DNA of 64,000 nt from a virus: IMG/VR virus record IMGVR_UViG_3300043427_003402; one strand, given 5' to 3'. Within the stretch, counting starts at the first letter, position 1, and each line of letters starts with the position of its first letter. A program made the position numbers and the translations under genes. The notes under the pieces were generated by a model. The model worked only from the letters and a program-made list of their open reading frames with translations, searched no databases and had not been told where the DNA came from. Positions 28,203-37,315 of this stretch are shown here, in pieces.

Positions 28203-28976
28203 ATGGCGGATAAAATTAGCGATCTCCTTAAACGTCTCGACGCGCTGTACCCTGTCGTTAAGAACACGGACGACCTCAACCCTTGGGATAAAATGGTTCA
28301 GTTCGAGGACGACGCAAATAAAGTGGCGTCGGGCGACACCACGATTGCGTTTTCGGGGCCGCCTATCTTCAGAAAGGGCGGCAACACGACGATAGACATT
28401 GCGACGTGGGAGCAATTCTTGGTTCCCATCGGGGCGCTCCAAGGCTTCTCGGACAACTCGACTAACAACGTCGTGCCGTTTCCGGAAATCGGAAGCCGCC
28501 TGAAGCGCGCTGCGCGCGGCCAAGCCAGCTATCAGCTTAGCATCCAGCGGGTACTCACCTACCACTCTAACATTATGCACGCGTGTTACGCGTGGTTGAA
28601 GAACATGACAAACACGGCGGGCGGAGTTGATCTCCACCGGTTCCCTAGCGAAAAGAAGCGGCCAACAGACTCCGGGTCAACGTCCCCCCATTTCACCACG
28701 TTCGAATCCGAGTTGTTTGGGGTGCCGTTCGGGCTGCTGCTGGCGACGCTGACCGCTGACGGCACCGTTATGTGTCAAGAGTATTACGAGCGCTGCTACC
28801 TCTTAAACCACGGCAAGCAAGTGGGGGCAGGCCAGCCTATGATCCAAGAGGCGGTCAGTATAATGGCGAGCCGCAAGGTGCCAGCCGACGATCTGACACT
28901 CTCGATGGAGGCTACCGCGCTAAGCACCTACAACTGGCCAGATCCGGACGCGGGCACCACGACCACCGCTATATAA
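28203..28976 (+). CDS. tail tube protein
   Basis: follows sheath; PIGALQ, PEIGS, LSIQRV, YYERC, IQEAVSI motifs. Confidence 0.7.
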   Translation: MADKISDLLKRLDALYPVVKNTDDLNPWDKMVQFEDDANKVASGDTTIAFSGPPIFRKGGNTTIDIATWEQFLVPIGALQGFSDNSTNNVVPFPEIGSRLKRAARGQASYQLSIQRVLTYHSNIMHACYAWLKNMTNTAGGVDLHRFPSEKKRPTDSGSTSPHFTTFESELFGVPFGLLLATLTADGTVMCQEYYERCYLLNHGKQVGAGQPMIQEAVSIMASRKVPADDLTLSMEATALSTYNWPDPDAGTTTTAI

Positions 28977-28989
28977 CGGGTAATTTATC

Positions 28990-29754
28990 TTGGCTAGCAG
29001 CCTGCACACTATCCTTGGGCAGTTGTTGGGATACACCGCCACCACCGGTAAGCCCGCAGCCGCCCAAGACAAAGACTACGTCGGTACACCGGAGACGCCT
29101 CTACTTCTGGCGTCTCCGGATCATACATTCATTTGCGCCGGGCCACCGCTTCTCCGCCTAGTGCCAGCTTATGCGCCCGTTCCGATCGGCCTCATCAGCG
29201 GCTTTGTTGAAACCAACCAGCGCCCCAGTATGGCGGTTACGGAGTTCGGCGCAAACTACCGGCAAACTCTCAGTGGCGTGGCGTCGCACAGCTTGACGCT
29301 GCAGCGCGTGATCGGCCTTTACGCAAACTTAGTTGGCGCGCTTTACGCGTGGCTCCCAAAAGACGTCGTTTTTGACTTGGAGCCGAATGTAGCCGGCGCG
29401 CAAGCTGGCCAAAAGGTTAGCTTCACCAGCGACTTGCTGCACGTGCCCTTTGGTTTGTATGTATGCCAGACAACCGAAGCACTAGAGTTTATCAGCGCGA
29501 CCTACTACGAGAATTGTCTCATTTCAGGCCGCGGCCGGGCGATTACCGCCGGCGAAGCGGTTATTACCGAGAATGTGCAGTTGGCTTTTGAGCGCGACCT
29601 CCCCGCACAAAACCTTCTAACAAAACTTGGTACCCACGCGTTTAACTTCCCTGCCACCGCCGGCCCGCACGCGCCTAGCGCCCCGGAGGATTTCGCGGCG
29701 GCGGCACCACCGGTCCTGCTTGCCCCCCGTTCAGGCGCGCCGCCGAACCCGTAG
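28990..29754 (+). CDS. second tail tube-like paralogue
   Basis: shares GPP, PIG, LQRV, YAWL, VPFGL, YYE.C, E.V motifs with 28203..28976. Confidence 0.65.
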   Translation: MASSLHTILGQLLGYTATTGKPAAAQDKDYVGTPETPLLLASPDHTFICAGPPLLRLVPAYAPVPIGLISGFVETNQRPSMAVTEFGANYRQTLSGVASHSLTLQRVIGLYANLVGALYAWLPKDVVFDLEPNVAGAQAGQKVSFTSDLLHVPFGLYVCQTTEALEFISATYYENCLISGRGRAITAGEAVITENVQLAFERDLPAQNLLTKLGTHAFNFPATAGPHAPSAPEDFAAAAPPVLLAPRSGAPPNP

Positions 29755-29756
29755 GC

Positions 29757-30716
29757 TTACTGGTAGTAGCCAGTGATTGGATCTTTTTGTCCAGGTGCAC
29801 GTGGAGCTGCTGGAGCAGGTTGTTCGTCGGTGGTGGGGGCAGCAAATGCGCCCGTATTTTCCTTAGAAAATTCATCGCTTAACCTCGCAAACATCGCGTC
29901 AAAGTCTTCGCCCTCCCAGTTCTGAAAGAATACGTCTTTGCGATCAGGGAAGGCGAAGTCGGTAGGGATTGGCAGGAAGTTAATCACGTTACCGTGATCG
30001 ACCTCGTTGACCGTCAGCAGCTGCCGAACCGCCGAACGATAACGCTCACTAAGTTGAACGCCTGTAACGCGCCAGAACGTGTTAGGTGGAACCATCTCAA
30101 CGATTACGTCTTCGGGCGTTATAATTGTCCAGTTTGATGTCCACATATTAGAGTTTGCGCTTTCCTTGACACGGTTGTCCATCAAGTTAGACCCCTTTGC
30201 CGTCAGCGCCTGCTTTGCGAGGTATATAGGGGACGGACGGTAGTAGCCACCCTCCATACCGGTGCCGAAACACAGTTTACACTCGATGCCCATGTCGCCT
30301 AGCGGCGCCACCGTGCTCGTGCAGCGCGGGCAAGGCGGCCCCGACCGCCTCCGTGTGTAGAGAAACGCCGGTACGCCGTCGAACTTGGCGAGTTTAAACC
30401 GTTCGCGTTTCTGCAACCGCAGGACGTCATTGTTCGGCGCGTTAAGCAAGCTCACCATGTTAGACCTTACTTCACTGCCGTCCGGCGCGGTGTAGCTGCA
30501 GTAATAGTACAGGGACTTGTACTTCGATTGGTTGTTAATCGCGTCAACATGCGCCAGCTTGTCGGCATGCTGTAGCACAGGCTCAAAGCCGCCCGCAGCC
30601 GACTCAGAACGCCACAGCGTAAACCGAACTGGGAATAGGATGTTCTCTGAAAACGACCAGCGCAGTGCAATTCGGTCGAAAGCGACAAATAAGGTTTCCA
30701 GCTTAAACGCGGACAT
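29757..30716 (-). CDS. probable neck/head-closure protein with Zn finger
   Basis: CPRC...CKLCFGTGMEGGYY motif; N-terminal Ig/FN3-like part; start reassigned to MSAFK. Confidence 0.55.
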   Translation of the reverse strand: MSAFKLETLFVAFDRIALRWSFSENILFPVRFTLWRSESAAGGFEPVLQHADKLAHVDAINNQSKYKSLYYYCSYTAPDGSEVRSNMVSLLNAPNNDVLRLQKRERFKLAKFDGVPAFLYTRRRSGPPCPRCTSTVAPLGDMGIECKLCFGTGMEGGYYRPSPIYLAKQALTAKGSNLMDNRVKESANSNMWTSNWTIITPEDVIVEMVPPNTFWRVTGVQLSERYRSAVRQLLTVNEVDHGNVINFLPIPTDFAFPDRKDVFFQNWEGEDFDAMFARLSDEFSKENTGAFAAPTTDEQPAPAAPRAPGQKDPITGYYQ

Positions 30717-30718
30717 AC

Positions 30719-31186
30719 TTAGAGTAACCACAACGGCGAGCTAACGCCCGCGCCACCCAGCGCCTGCGCGATGTTGATCTGTGTCTTGAGCCGGTCCATG
30801 CGCAAGTCCAGCTTTGCGCGAACGTTCTCCGCGATCTGCATCAGCGGCTGCCACTGTTCGTGGATGGGCACCTCTAAGCCGGCGTCAGAGGCAGAGAACT
30901 GGTTGCGTGCATGCCACATGTAAAGCTGCTGCAACGACTCGTACACCGCGGCATCTAACAACATATACCGGTCAGGGAAGTCGTACGCTGAATAGTTTGA
31001 GACAAACGGCGGGCGCAGGTTAAAGTCGTTCATCGCGCGCAAAATGTTCTCAAGGTACTCTTGGTCCGTTAAGTCTTGGGCAATAATTTCGTTAAATTTT
31101 GGAAGGTCACGCAACCGCGCGCGTACCATCGGCACATGCACTGCTACGTTGGGCGCCCCGTTCAGGATGTCTTCTTCCATACCCAT
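30719..31186 (-). CDS. probable head-tail adaptor protein
   Basis: helical ~155 aa after capsid genes; VRARLRD...DQE motif; start reassigned to MGMEE. Confidence 0.55.
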   Translation of the reverse strand: MGMEEDILNGAPNVAVHVPMVRARLRDLPKFNEIIAQDLTDQEYLENILRAMNDFNLRPPFVSNYSAYDFPDRYMLLDAAVYESLQQLYMWHARNQFSASDAGLEVPIHEQWQPLMQIAENVRAKLDLRMDRLKTQINIAQALGGAGVSSPLWLL

Positions 31187-31199
31187 AATAGACCCCCAT

Positions 31200-31230
31200 A
31201 AAAATAAACCGCCAGCCTTCGCCAGCGGTT
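31200..31230 (-). terminator. intrinsic terminator of capsid operon
   Basis: AACCGCTGGC-GAAG-GCTGGCGGTT followed by TATTTTT on minus strand. Confidence 0.7.
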
Positions 31231-31243
31231 CAGGCACCTATGC

Positions 31244-31627
31244 TTAACGCCGTTTACGCTTCGAGCCGTGGGCTTCAGTTTCAGTCTCGGTTTCGGGCTT
31301 TGGCGCCGAGTCATCGGCTGCCGCCGGGGTGTCCGGTTGTGCGTCAGGCTCGGCTTCCTCAATCGAGGGGGTAGTAGGCACAGTGAAGGCGTCCGGCACC
31401 GTCTCCTCCACGGGACGGGCAGGCGCGATGACGCCGCCGTTCAGGGGAGCTTGCGCTTCTGCGTGGATTTCTGCTATCATACCTGCGTCCAGCAGCCGGT
31501 GTCCGCCACCATTAAACCATTTGGTGTAACGCACCTGTTCCACGTTGCGCATTTCGCCTGGTGGAATATGTGTGAAGGCCACTACCGCCGTTGCATCTTG
31601 CATGTTATTCTTGATGATCACGAACAT
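31244..31627 (-). CDS. hypothetical protein with acidic low-complexity tail
   Basis: AGGAG RBS; directly downstream of MCP. Confidence 0.65.
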   Translation of the reverse strand: MFVIIKNNMQDATAVVAFTHIPPGEMRNVEQVRYTKWFNGGGHRLLDAGMIAEIHAEAQAPLNGGVIAPARPVEETVPDAFTVPTTPSIEEAEPDAQPDTPAAADDSAPKPETETETEAHGSKRKRR

Positions 31628-31685
31628 CGTTTCTCCTACTGATTGGGGGTGAGCCGGTAACTATGCGAGCATTGTTTAGCACGAA

Positions 31686-31714
31686 CGGCTTTCCGGCTGT
31701 TAACCGAAAAGCCG
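31686..31714 (-). terminator. hairpin after major capsid gene (terminator or stabiliser)
   Basis: CGGCTTTTCGG/CCGGAAAGCCG stem; weak U tail. Confidence 0.4.
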
Positions 31715-31740
31715 CTCGCTCATCCCGTTCACTACCGATG

Positions 31741-32682
31741 TTAGGCCAAGGTTTGCTTGATAGGACCACGAGGATTGAGGATATTACGGGCGACGATTTC
31801 ACGGGTGTTAGTCCGCAAGATGCCGTCACGGAACTCCAAGAACTGCTCGGCGTCGGCCAACATGTAGGCCACGCCCAAGAACCGCTGCGGCGGCAAGTAG
31901 TACAAGATGTTCTCGGGGATGACGTCCTCGTTGTTGGTCAGAACCCACTTGAGGCCGAACCACGACTTGTACTTGAACTGCTCGCCCTTAGGCCCGAATT
32001 CGATGATGGGCTCCATCACCAAGCTGCCGACTTCGGCGGAGTTCCACTTCAGGACGTCGTGGTACGTGATTTCGTTCGTCATCACGAGTTCCATGTCCAA
32101 GCGGTTACGCGACATCGCCTTCTTGGCGTCGGCAATGATGTCCTTGGTCAGCGGCGCAGCGGTAGCCAACGCGTTGGTGGCCGCAAATCGCGCCACACAG
32201 CGCTCAATCGCTTCGACCAGCGAGATGTCTTCGACGACCAGAATGTCGTTATGTGCAATGCTTTCCAGGTAACTTCTGATGGGGAAGCTGTTGGCCAGCA
32301 ACTGCATCTCGGTCAAAGTGATCATTTTGGTCTTGATGGGCTTGAAGTAAACCCGCGCCAAACGCGACCGGAACCACACTTCCTTCGACGGCTGCATGAA
32401 GTCAACGGCCGTGGCGAGGTACTCGCCAAACCGTGGCTCAACCGGCACCAGGGTCGAAGGAACGTCCGGGTTCCGCTCGTCGGGCTGCAACTCGGCGTTG
32501 CTGATCGGGCGGTAGGCCAAAACACGACGCGAGATACCGTCCTCGCGGAGGATAGACAGAATCAATTCTTCTTTAATGACGCTGGCCAACTTGCTGATGG
32601 TTTCAGCGTTTCCGGACTTCAACCGAGCCACGAAGCCTTCGTTAACGGCTTGCGTCTCAGCAAAACTCATAGGGTGATCCAT
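31741..32682 (-). CDS. major capsid protein (HK97 fold)
   Basis: 313 aa; ILREDGISRRVL motif, IAHNDILVVED spine helix; strong codon bias; position after protease/scaffold genes. Confidence 0.8.
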   Translation of the reverse strand: MDHPMSFAETQAVNEGFVARLKSGNAETISKLASVIKEELILSILREDGISRRVLAYRPISNAELQPDERNPDVPSTLVPVEPRFGEYLATAVDFMQPSKEVWFRSRLARVYFKPIKTKMITLTEMQLLANSFPIRSYLESIAHNDILVVEDISLVEAIERCVARFAATNALATAAPLTKDIIADAKKAMSRNRLDMELVMTNEITYHDVLKWNSAEVGSLVMEPIIEFGPKGEQFKYKSWFGLKWVLTNNEDVIPENILYYLPPQRFLGVAYMLADAEQFLEFRDGILRTNTREIVARNILNPRGPIKQTLA

Positions 32683-32706
32683 TTTCGGCGACCTCTCTTA
32701 CGTGAA

Positions 32707-33249
32707 TTACAAGGTGATGCGGCACTGAACCGAGGTGGTTCCAGTGACAGCACTAGGGGCTTCCACATATCCGATGACCCGGTCACCGACAACCGTACCG
32801 AAGTCAGCAGGGCACAATTTACCGTTAAGCACAGTCAGCGACCGGCCGGCGGTGTAGCTCGCGAGCGTGACAGCCGCGCCACCGTGCGTACCAATGAACA
32901 GCGCTTCGACCGGCCACACCGCAAGGATAGAACCGAACAGGCCCGTCGGGGCGTCGGTCAGTTCGGAGCCGGGGAACTCGTCCGCGATGACGGGCTGCTG
33001 AATGATGACTTCAGCATTACCGGTGAAGACCAAGTACGTGGAGCGCTTGGCGTCCGCCGCCTGCTCAAACTTGCCAGGGGCCGCAACCGACGGCGCAAGG
33101 AAGAAGCCGTCGTGGACGATGTCGGCCGCCACCGCGCCTGCCACCAAGGGGCAAGGAACGCGGGCGTACACGCCGCCTTGCATTTCAAATTTGTTGTCTT
33201 GGAACGTTTTGCGCAGGCTACCCGGCGCGCCGAAAGAAATGTTTGCCAT
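32707..33249 (-). CDS. probable capsid decoration/cement protein
   Basis: 180 aa, beta-rich, directly upstream of MCP, strong codon bias, GAGGAG RBS. Confidence 0.55.
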   Translation of the reverse strand: MANISFGAPGSLRKTFQDNKFEMQGGVYARVPCPLVAGAVAADIVHDGFFLAPSVAAPGKFEQAADAKRSTYLVFTGNAEVIIQQPVIADEFPGSELTDAPTGLFGSILAVWPVEALFIGTHGGAAVTLASYTAGRSLTVLNGKLCPADFGTVVGDRVIGYVEAPSAVTGTTSVQCRITL

Positions 33250-33272
33250 TTTAATCTCCTCTAAGCCGAGTG

Positions 33273-33282
33273 AATTATCACC
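33273..33282 (-). promoter_or_regulatory. candidate late promoter GGTGATAATT
   Basis: identical 10-mer upstream of the SNF2 gene (53800-53809). Confidence 0.5.
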
Positions 33283-33296
33283 CTGTAACGCAAAAC

Positions 33297-34253
33297 TTAC
33301 CGATTGAGCTGGGAAAGACAGAAATCATCGAAACTGGTACCGCGGCCAGCGTTAAAGCCCCCGTCCGCCCCTGCGACGTCAGAAATTACTTCACCTAGCC
33401 GTGCAGACTTGGCGTGCGCCGGTGCAATCCGCTGCACGGTCTGCGCGAGCACGTCCGAAGCTTCGGGGCTACCGTAGAATACAGCGGCATACTTATCAAT
33501 CTCATCTGTAGCGATCGCACCGGACGCGCAAAGCTCGTTCGCTCTTTTGAGCGCTTCGTCGCGCTTTGGGATGTCCGCTAGGATCGCTGCAGCTTTCTCA
33601 AGGCTAGTTAGCGCCTCTTGTATACGAGCAATTTTAGGGTCCATGTTCTGCGCGCCCTCCTGCGGTTTTAAGCCTTCTGCTTGATGAATTTGATTCATAA
33701 TCGTGCCGGATCCAACCAGTGTAGCGGTGTCGGTACTGAAGTTCTTGACCTTTTTACCTAGCTCGCCGCCTACGCCGGGCACGGCGACACCGTGCAGGGT
33801 ATGGGCATAAGCACTTGGGTTACGCCCGTGCTCCGTCAGTACTTTTGCCAAGTCTAGGTCGGAGTGTGAGTGTTCCCTTATCAAGTTATCTAAACTTTGC
33901 CGCAAGCTTGCACCGTGCTGCTGCAGCTTCGCGTCGCTAGAGCCCTCGTAGTGTTGTAGAGTGTCTTTAATGCGCTTTATGTGCTCAGGTTCCAGCTTTA
34001 TGTCTTCTTTACGTGCGTGACCAAGCCAGTTGCCCACCGTGTAATCAACTTTTTCCCCGGCACGGGCTGCGGTCTCACCCCACTTTGCAGGGCTCAGTGC
34101 ACTGGGAACGTTAAGCGCCGGGTTTCCTGTCGCCTTTCGTAGGGCCCACTGCGCGGGCCTGTGCGTCAGGTAATCCGCCGCCCCCAGTACAAGACTGGAG
34201 TTGCGGGGGTTTACCAGCAAGCTATGAAGTTCGGAGTTGATAGGCGTGGGCAT
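33297..34253 (-). CDS. predicted head protein; C-terminal scaffold-like part may be translated separately from 33644
   Basis: internal AGGAGG RBS before in-frame MDPKIAR; EKAAA and KSAR sites. Confidence 0.6.
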   Translation of the reverse strand: MPTPINSELHSLLVNPRNSSLVLGAADYLTHRPAQWALRKATGNPALNVPSALSPAKWGETAARAGEKVDYTVGNWLGHARKEDIKLEPEHIKRIKDTLQHYEGSSDAKLQQHGASLRQSLDNLIREHSHSDLDLAKVLTEHGRNPSAYAHTLHGVAVPGVGGELGKKVKNFSTDTATLVGSGTIMNQIHQAEGLKPQEGAQNMDPKIARIQEALTSLEKAAAILADIPKRDEALKRANELCASGAIATDEIDKYAAVFYGSPEASDVLAQTVQRIAPAHAKSARLGEVISDVAGADGGFNAGRGTSFDDFCLSQLNR

Positions 34254-34271
34254 AGCGCGTGCAGTCTGTGG

Positions 34272-34472
34272 CTACTGCGGGTTCTGCAAAGCGTTTACAT
34301 AACTGGCATACTGCAGGTTTTTGTAAATGTTTACCAAAGCCGCAGTTTTATACGCTTCTTGCTGCGCGCCCACCAACTCCGGTAGCTCCAGCTCCAACGT
34401 TTCTCTTGCTGTCTTTAAAATATCTTGTGCTTCTTTAAGGAGCGCGTCGCGCTCCGACAGCCATTTCGACAT
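34272..34472 (-). CDS. small head/scaffold-type protein
   Basis: start MSKWL; YKTAA site. Confidence 0.55.
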   Translation of the reverse strand: MSKWLSERDALLKEAQDILKTARETLELELPELVGAQQEAYKTAALVNIYKNLQYASYVNALQNPQ

Positions 34473-34473
34473 T

Positions 34474-34707
34474 CTATACCTGCCCGTACGCCGCAAGCGT
34501 CTCGTAATACGCCTGGTCAAATGCCAACTTCTCCTGCTCTGCCTGCAGGATCTGCGCGTATTCAGGATCCAGTGCAGCTAGCTTCGCTGTGTGCTCGTTA
34601 AACGCGGCGTCGAACAGCGCCTCTGTCTGCTCCGCTTCGTAAACGGCCGCCTGCTTAAGCAGCTCCTGCTCGTAAGCTTGATGTTGCAGTTGTGCGTAGA
34701 TACTCAT
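34474..34707 (-). CDS. scaffold-like paralogue 3
   Basis: LFDAAFNEHTAKLAALDPEYAQ shared repeat; AGGAG RBS. Confidence 0.7.
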   Translation of the reverse strand: MSIYAQLQHQAYEQELLKQAAVYEAEQTEALFDAAFNEHTAKLAALDPEYAQILQAEQEKLAFDQAYYETLAAYGQV

Positions 34708-34740
34708 TTCGTACTCCTGTTGGTTATGACGGGGACGGGT

Positions 34741-34971
34741 TTAAGCGATGCCATACTGCGCCAGCGTAGCGCGGTAGGCCTCGTCGAAGGCTATTTTCTG
34801 CTGCTCAACCTGCAGCATCTCCGCATAGCTAGGGTCAAGCGCAGCCAGCTTTGCCGTGTGCTCGTCGAACGCGGCGTCAAACAGGTCGGCGTAAGCCGTC
34901 TCCGCGGCGCTTTTTTGCACGTACGCGGCCCAAAATGCGTTCTCAGTAAGCGCGTCTTCTACGGACTTCAT
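34741..34971 (-). CDS. scaffold-like paralogue 2
   Basis: LFDAAFDEHTAKLAALDPSYAE shared repeat; GGAGG RBS. Confidence 0.7.
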   Translation of the reverse strand: MKSVEDALTENAFWAAYVQKSAAETAYADLFDAAFDEHTAKLAALDPSYAEMLQVEQQKIAFDEAYRATLAQYGIA

Positions 34972-34973
34972 TT

Positions 34974-35540
34974 TTAGAAACCTCCAAACTGATTAAAACC
35001 GCGGGCCCCCATCTGTTGTTGCACGTGCAGGACGGCATCCTCAAAGCCTTGGTTAAAGGCCGCCTTCTCTTGTTCCGCCGCCAATAGCTGAGCGTAGCTA
35101 GGATCGAGGCTTGCCAGCTTTGCAGTGTGCAGCTCAAAAACTTCGTTGAACAGGTCAGCTTCTGCTTGCGCTTCACCTGCTTGCTTGAGCGGCTCCGGTG
35201 CGGTGGTTCCAAAAACGTTTTGCCGCGCCATGTCGGCAAGGAACAAAGACGTCGCTTCCGCAGCGGCCAGTTTGCGCAGGTCTTCAGGCAGCGCCTCGAG
35301 GCCCGCAAGGAGATCAAACTCGGTGCTAGCGGACTTTTTCTCGTCCTCTTCTCCGCCCTTTTCCTTGGCCCGGCGCATGCGCTCTCTGAAAGCGTTGTCT
35401 CGCTCCGTCTTTTCGTCCTTGGAATGTTCTTTATCTTTATCTTTGTCTTTCTCGTCTTTTTTGTCGCTGTCTGCCGCCAGCTTCACACCTTCTTCAGTAA
35501 GCTGGCTAATCAGACTCTGTATAAATTCGTTGCTGGCCAT
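34974..35540 (-). CDS. scaffold-like paralogue 1 with charged D/K/E insert
   Basis: LFNEVFELHTAKLASLDPSYAQ; start MASNEF (GAGGAGG RBS). Confidence 0.7.
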   Translation of the reverse strand: MASNEFIQSLISQLTEEGVKLAADSDKKDEKDKDKDKEHSKDEKTERDNAFRERMRRAKEKGGEEDEKKSASTEFDLLAGLEALPEDLRKLAAAEATSLFLADMARQNVFGTTAPEPLKQAGEAQAEADLFNEVFELHTAKLASLDPSYAQLLAAEQEKAAFNQGFEDAVLHVQQQMGARGFNQFGGF

Positions 35541-35569
35541 TAAAGCATCCTCCTCAGTAGGCACTTAAA

Positions 35570-35884
35570 TTATACGCGCGGGTGCACTTCGTCGTGTAAG
35601 CCGTAGAATTTGCGCGCTGTACGCCGCACTAAACTTGTTGCGGCGTCCGCAATCGGCCGCATCAGCACGCCGTCGATAACGCCGCCCATACTACCACCAA
35701 GTAAAGACGTGCCGCCGGCACCGCGCGGATTACTCATGAGCCCGTACGCGACGTTGTTGAGTGAGTTACGCGCCATATCGGCTTTGTGCGCGTCGAAGTA
35801 TGCCGCAGTCGCACGTGCGTGCTGCTGCACGTCTTCCATTACGGCCCCGTGCTTGATTAGCTGGTACGCCTCGAACGGCCGCAT
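35570..35884 (-). CDS. small predicted virion protein with aromatic-K-x-G leader
   Basis: MRPFEAYQLIKHGA N-terminus; TAATG coupling to protease. Confidence 0.6.
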   Translation of the reverse strand: MRPFEAYQLIKHGAVMEDVQQHARATAAYFDAHKADMARNSLNNVAYGLMSNPRGAGGTSLLGGSMGGVIDGVLMRPIADAATSLVRRTARKFYGLHDEVHPRV

Positions 35885-37314
35885 TAAAAGTCTCCAAAGC
35901 TCGTGGTGTAGGCGCTGTGCAGCTGCGCCGCACCGTAGCCAAATTCGCCGCTAGCTTTCTTGTGAATTCCGTGGTACACCGCCAAGTACGGAAGCAGCCC
36001 CGCGTCTAGGTTAACGCGTAAGTTTGCCGCTTTAATTATAGGCGCGCGCATGCGCCGCGGAGTGACGAACGGTTCTATGTACGAACGTTTCTCTGCAAAT
36101 GGCCGAACTAGGTTCATTACACGCTCTACGTTCGCAAAACTTTTACGCGCAAACTTAATTTGCGCGTTTTGCGCAATTTCATCCCGCCAGCCATCAACGG
36201 GCGGAACGTACACCACAGCTTGGTCCAGTTCGTACGCGAGTTTTGGTGTGAGCGCATCCGAACCGAACGTAACGTAGTACAGTTCTGAGGGGCGCAAGCA
36301 CATACCGAGTTTAGCCAAACCGGCGGTCACTTCGTCTAAACTAAACTGCCTCAGCTTGTCCAGGACGGGCGGCGGCAGTACCGGCTCGTTTTGGTACAGG
36401 GTTTGAAACTCGTCCAAGACCACATCCAGCGGGAGATCCGGTCCCTGTTTCTCAATCTTCGCCGATTTTGCCACCGGGTTGCTCGCGAGAGTACGCGTGT
36501 CTAAGCGCGCCTGATCACGCGCCACCTTCATGATTGAAAGGGCCTCCGGCGCAGCGGGACTCTCGACGCAAGACTCGTCGAAGAAATGCGGGAAGTCATT
36601 TATCATGCAGACCGGCGTACCGTCTTCTTTAATTTGCCGCAAGCTGTACGCGCTGGTACCGGGCTTGATGTGTACGCAATACTGCGCGCGGGTGGGCGCA
36701 AGGTTTTGGCAAATGCTGCACCGGTCAAACGGCACGCGCGCTGCCATCGAGGTCCCGATCGTTGCCCCGTTATCTAGCCTGTCTGCCCACTTTTTACCTT
36801 TGGTGCGGTCAATCCAGATTAGGTTCTCTACGCGGTGCATCCGGTTGTTCCAAAACGTGTTCTGGATTCCGCCGATTGCCAACCGGGGATCCGTATTACG
36901 ATGCTCCTCAAACACATGGCCTTTAAGAAAGGTCTTGTAGCCCCAGCCTGGACGGATACGAGCTTTGAACTTATCGAAGAAGCTCATAGCTGTGTCTGCC
37001 GGCGGAAGCCCGAGCAGCGCTTTCTCCGGGAACGCGTCGCCGTTGTTGTTGACGCCCCAAAATTCGCTCGCGCCCAAGCCGATTACCAAGGCGTACACCC
37101 TGCCCGGTACGGCTTTTACGTTGTGGCACTCCGCTAAAGCTTCTTCCGCCGCCGCAGTCTTAACTTGGTGCTGCCCAACGGAGCGCCGGTCGTCGACCTC
37201 TAAGCCACGAGACGTTTGCGCCAGTTTAACTACGCGCGACTCACCTGTGTTCAACGAGTGGTCGTCACCGAGCGCGATGTGCTTCTCAAGGTGGGGCGGG
37301 TGTTGCATTTTCAT
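35884..37314 (-). CDS. prohead (capsid maturation) protease
   Basis: NNNGDAF, VFEEH, GTSM(A)...DRCSIC, FFDESCVESPA: assemblin/HK97-type serine protease motif order with Zn insert. Confidence 0.75.
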   Translation of the reverse strand: MKMQHPPHLEKHIALGDDHSLNTGESRVVKLAQTSRGLEVDDRRSVGQHQVKTAAAEEALAECHNVKAVPGRVYALVIGLGASEFWGVNNNGDAFPEKALLGLPPADTAMSFFDKFKARIRPGWGYKTFLKGHVFEEHRNTDPRLAIGGIQNTFWNNRMHRVENLIWIDRTKGKKWADRLDNGATIGTSMAARVPFDRCSICQNLAPTRAQYCVHIKPGTSAYSLRQIKEDGTPVCMINDFPHFFDESCVESPAAPEALSIMKVARDQARLDTRTLASNPVAKSAKIEKQGPDLPLDVVLDEFQTLYQNEPVLPPPVLDKLRQFSLDEVTAGLAKLGMCLRPSELYYVTFGSDALTPKLAYELDQAVVYVPPVDGWRDEIAQNAQIKFARKSFANVERVMNLVRPFAEKRSYIEPFVTPRRMRAPIIKAANLRVNLDAGLLPYLAVYHGIHKKASGEFGYGAAQLHSAYTTSFGDF

Positions 37315-37315
37315 A

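Noticed and set aside
31663-33264. 533-aa plus-strand ORF
   Set aside because: Antisense shadow of the codon-biased capsid and decoration genes; no RBS or motifs
35380-35470. Pyrimidine-rich low-complexity tract
   Set aside because: Simply encodes the D/K/E-rich insert of 34974..35540
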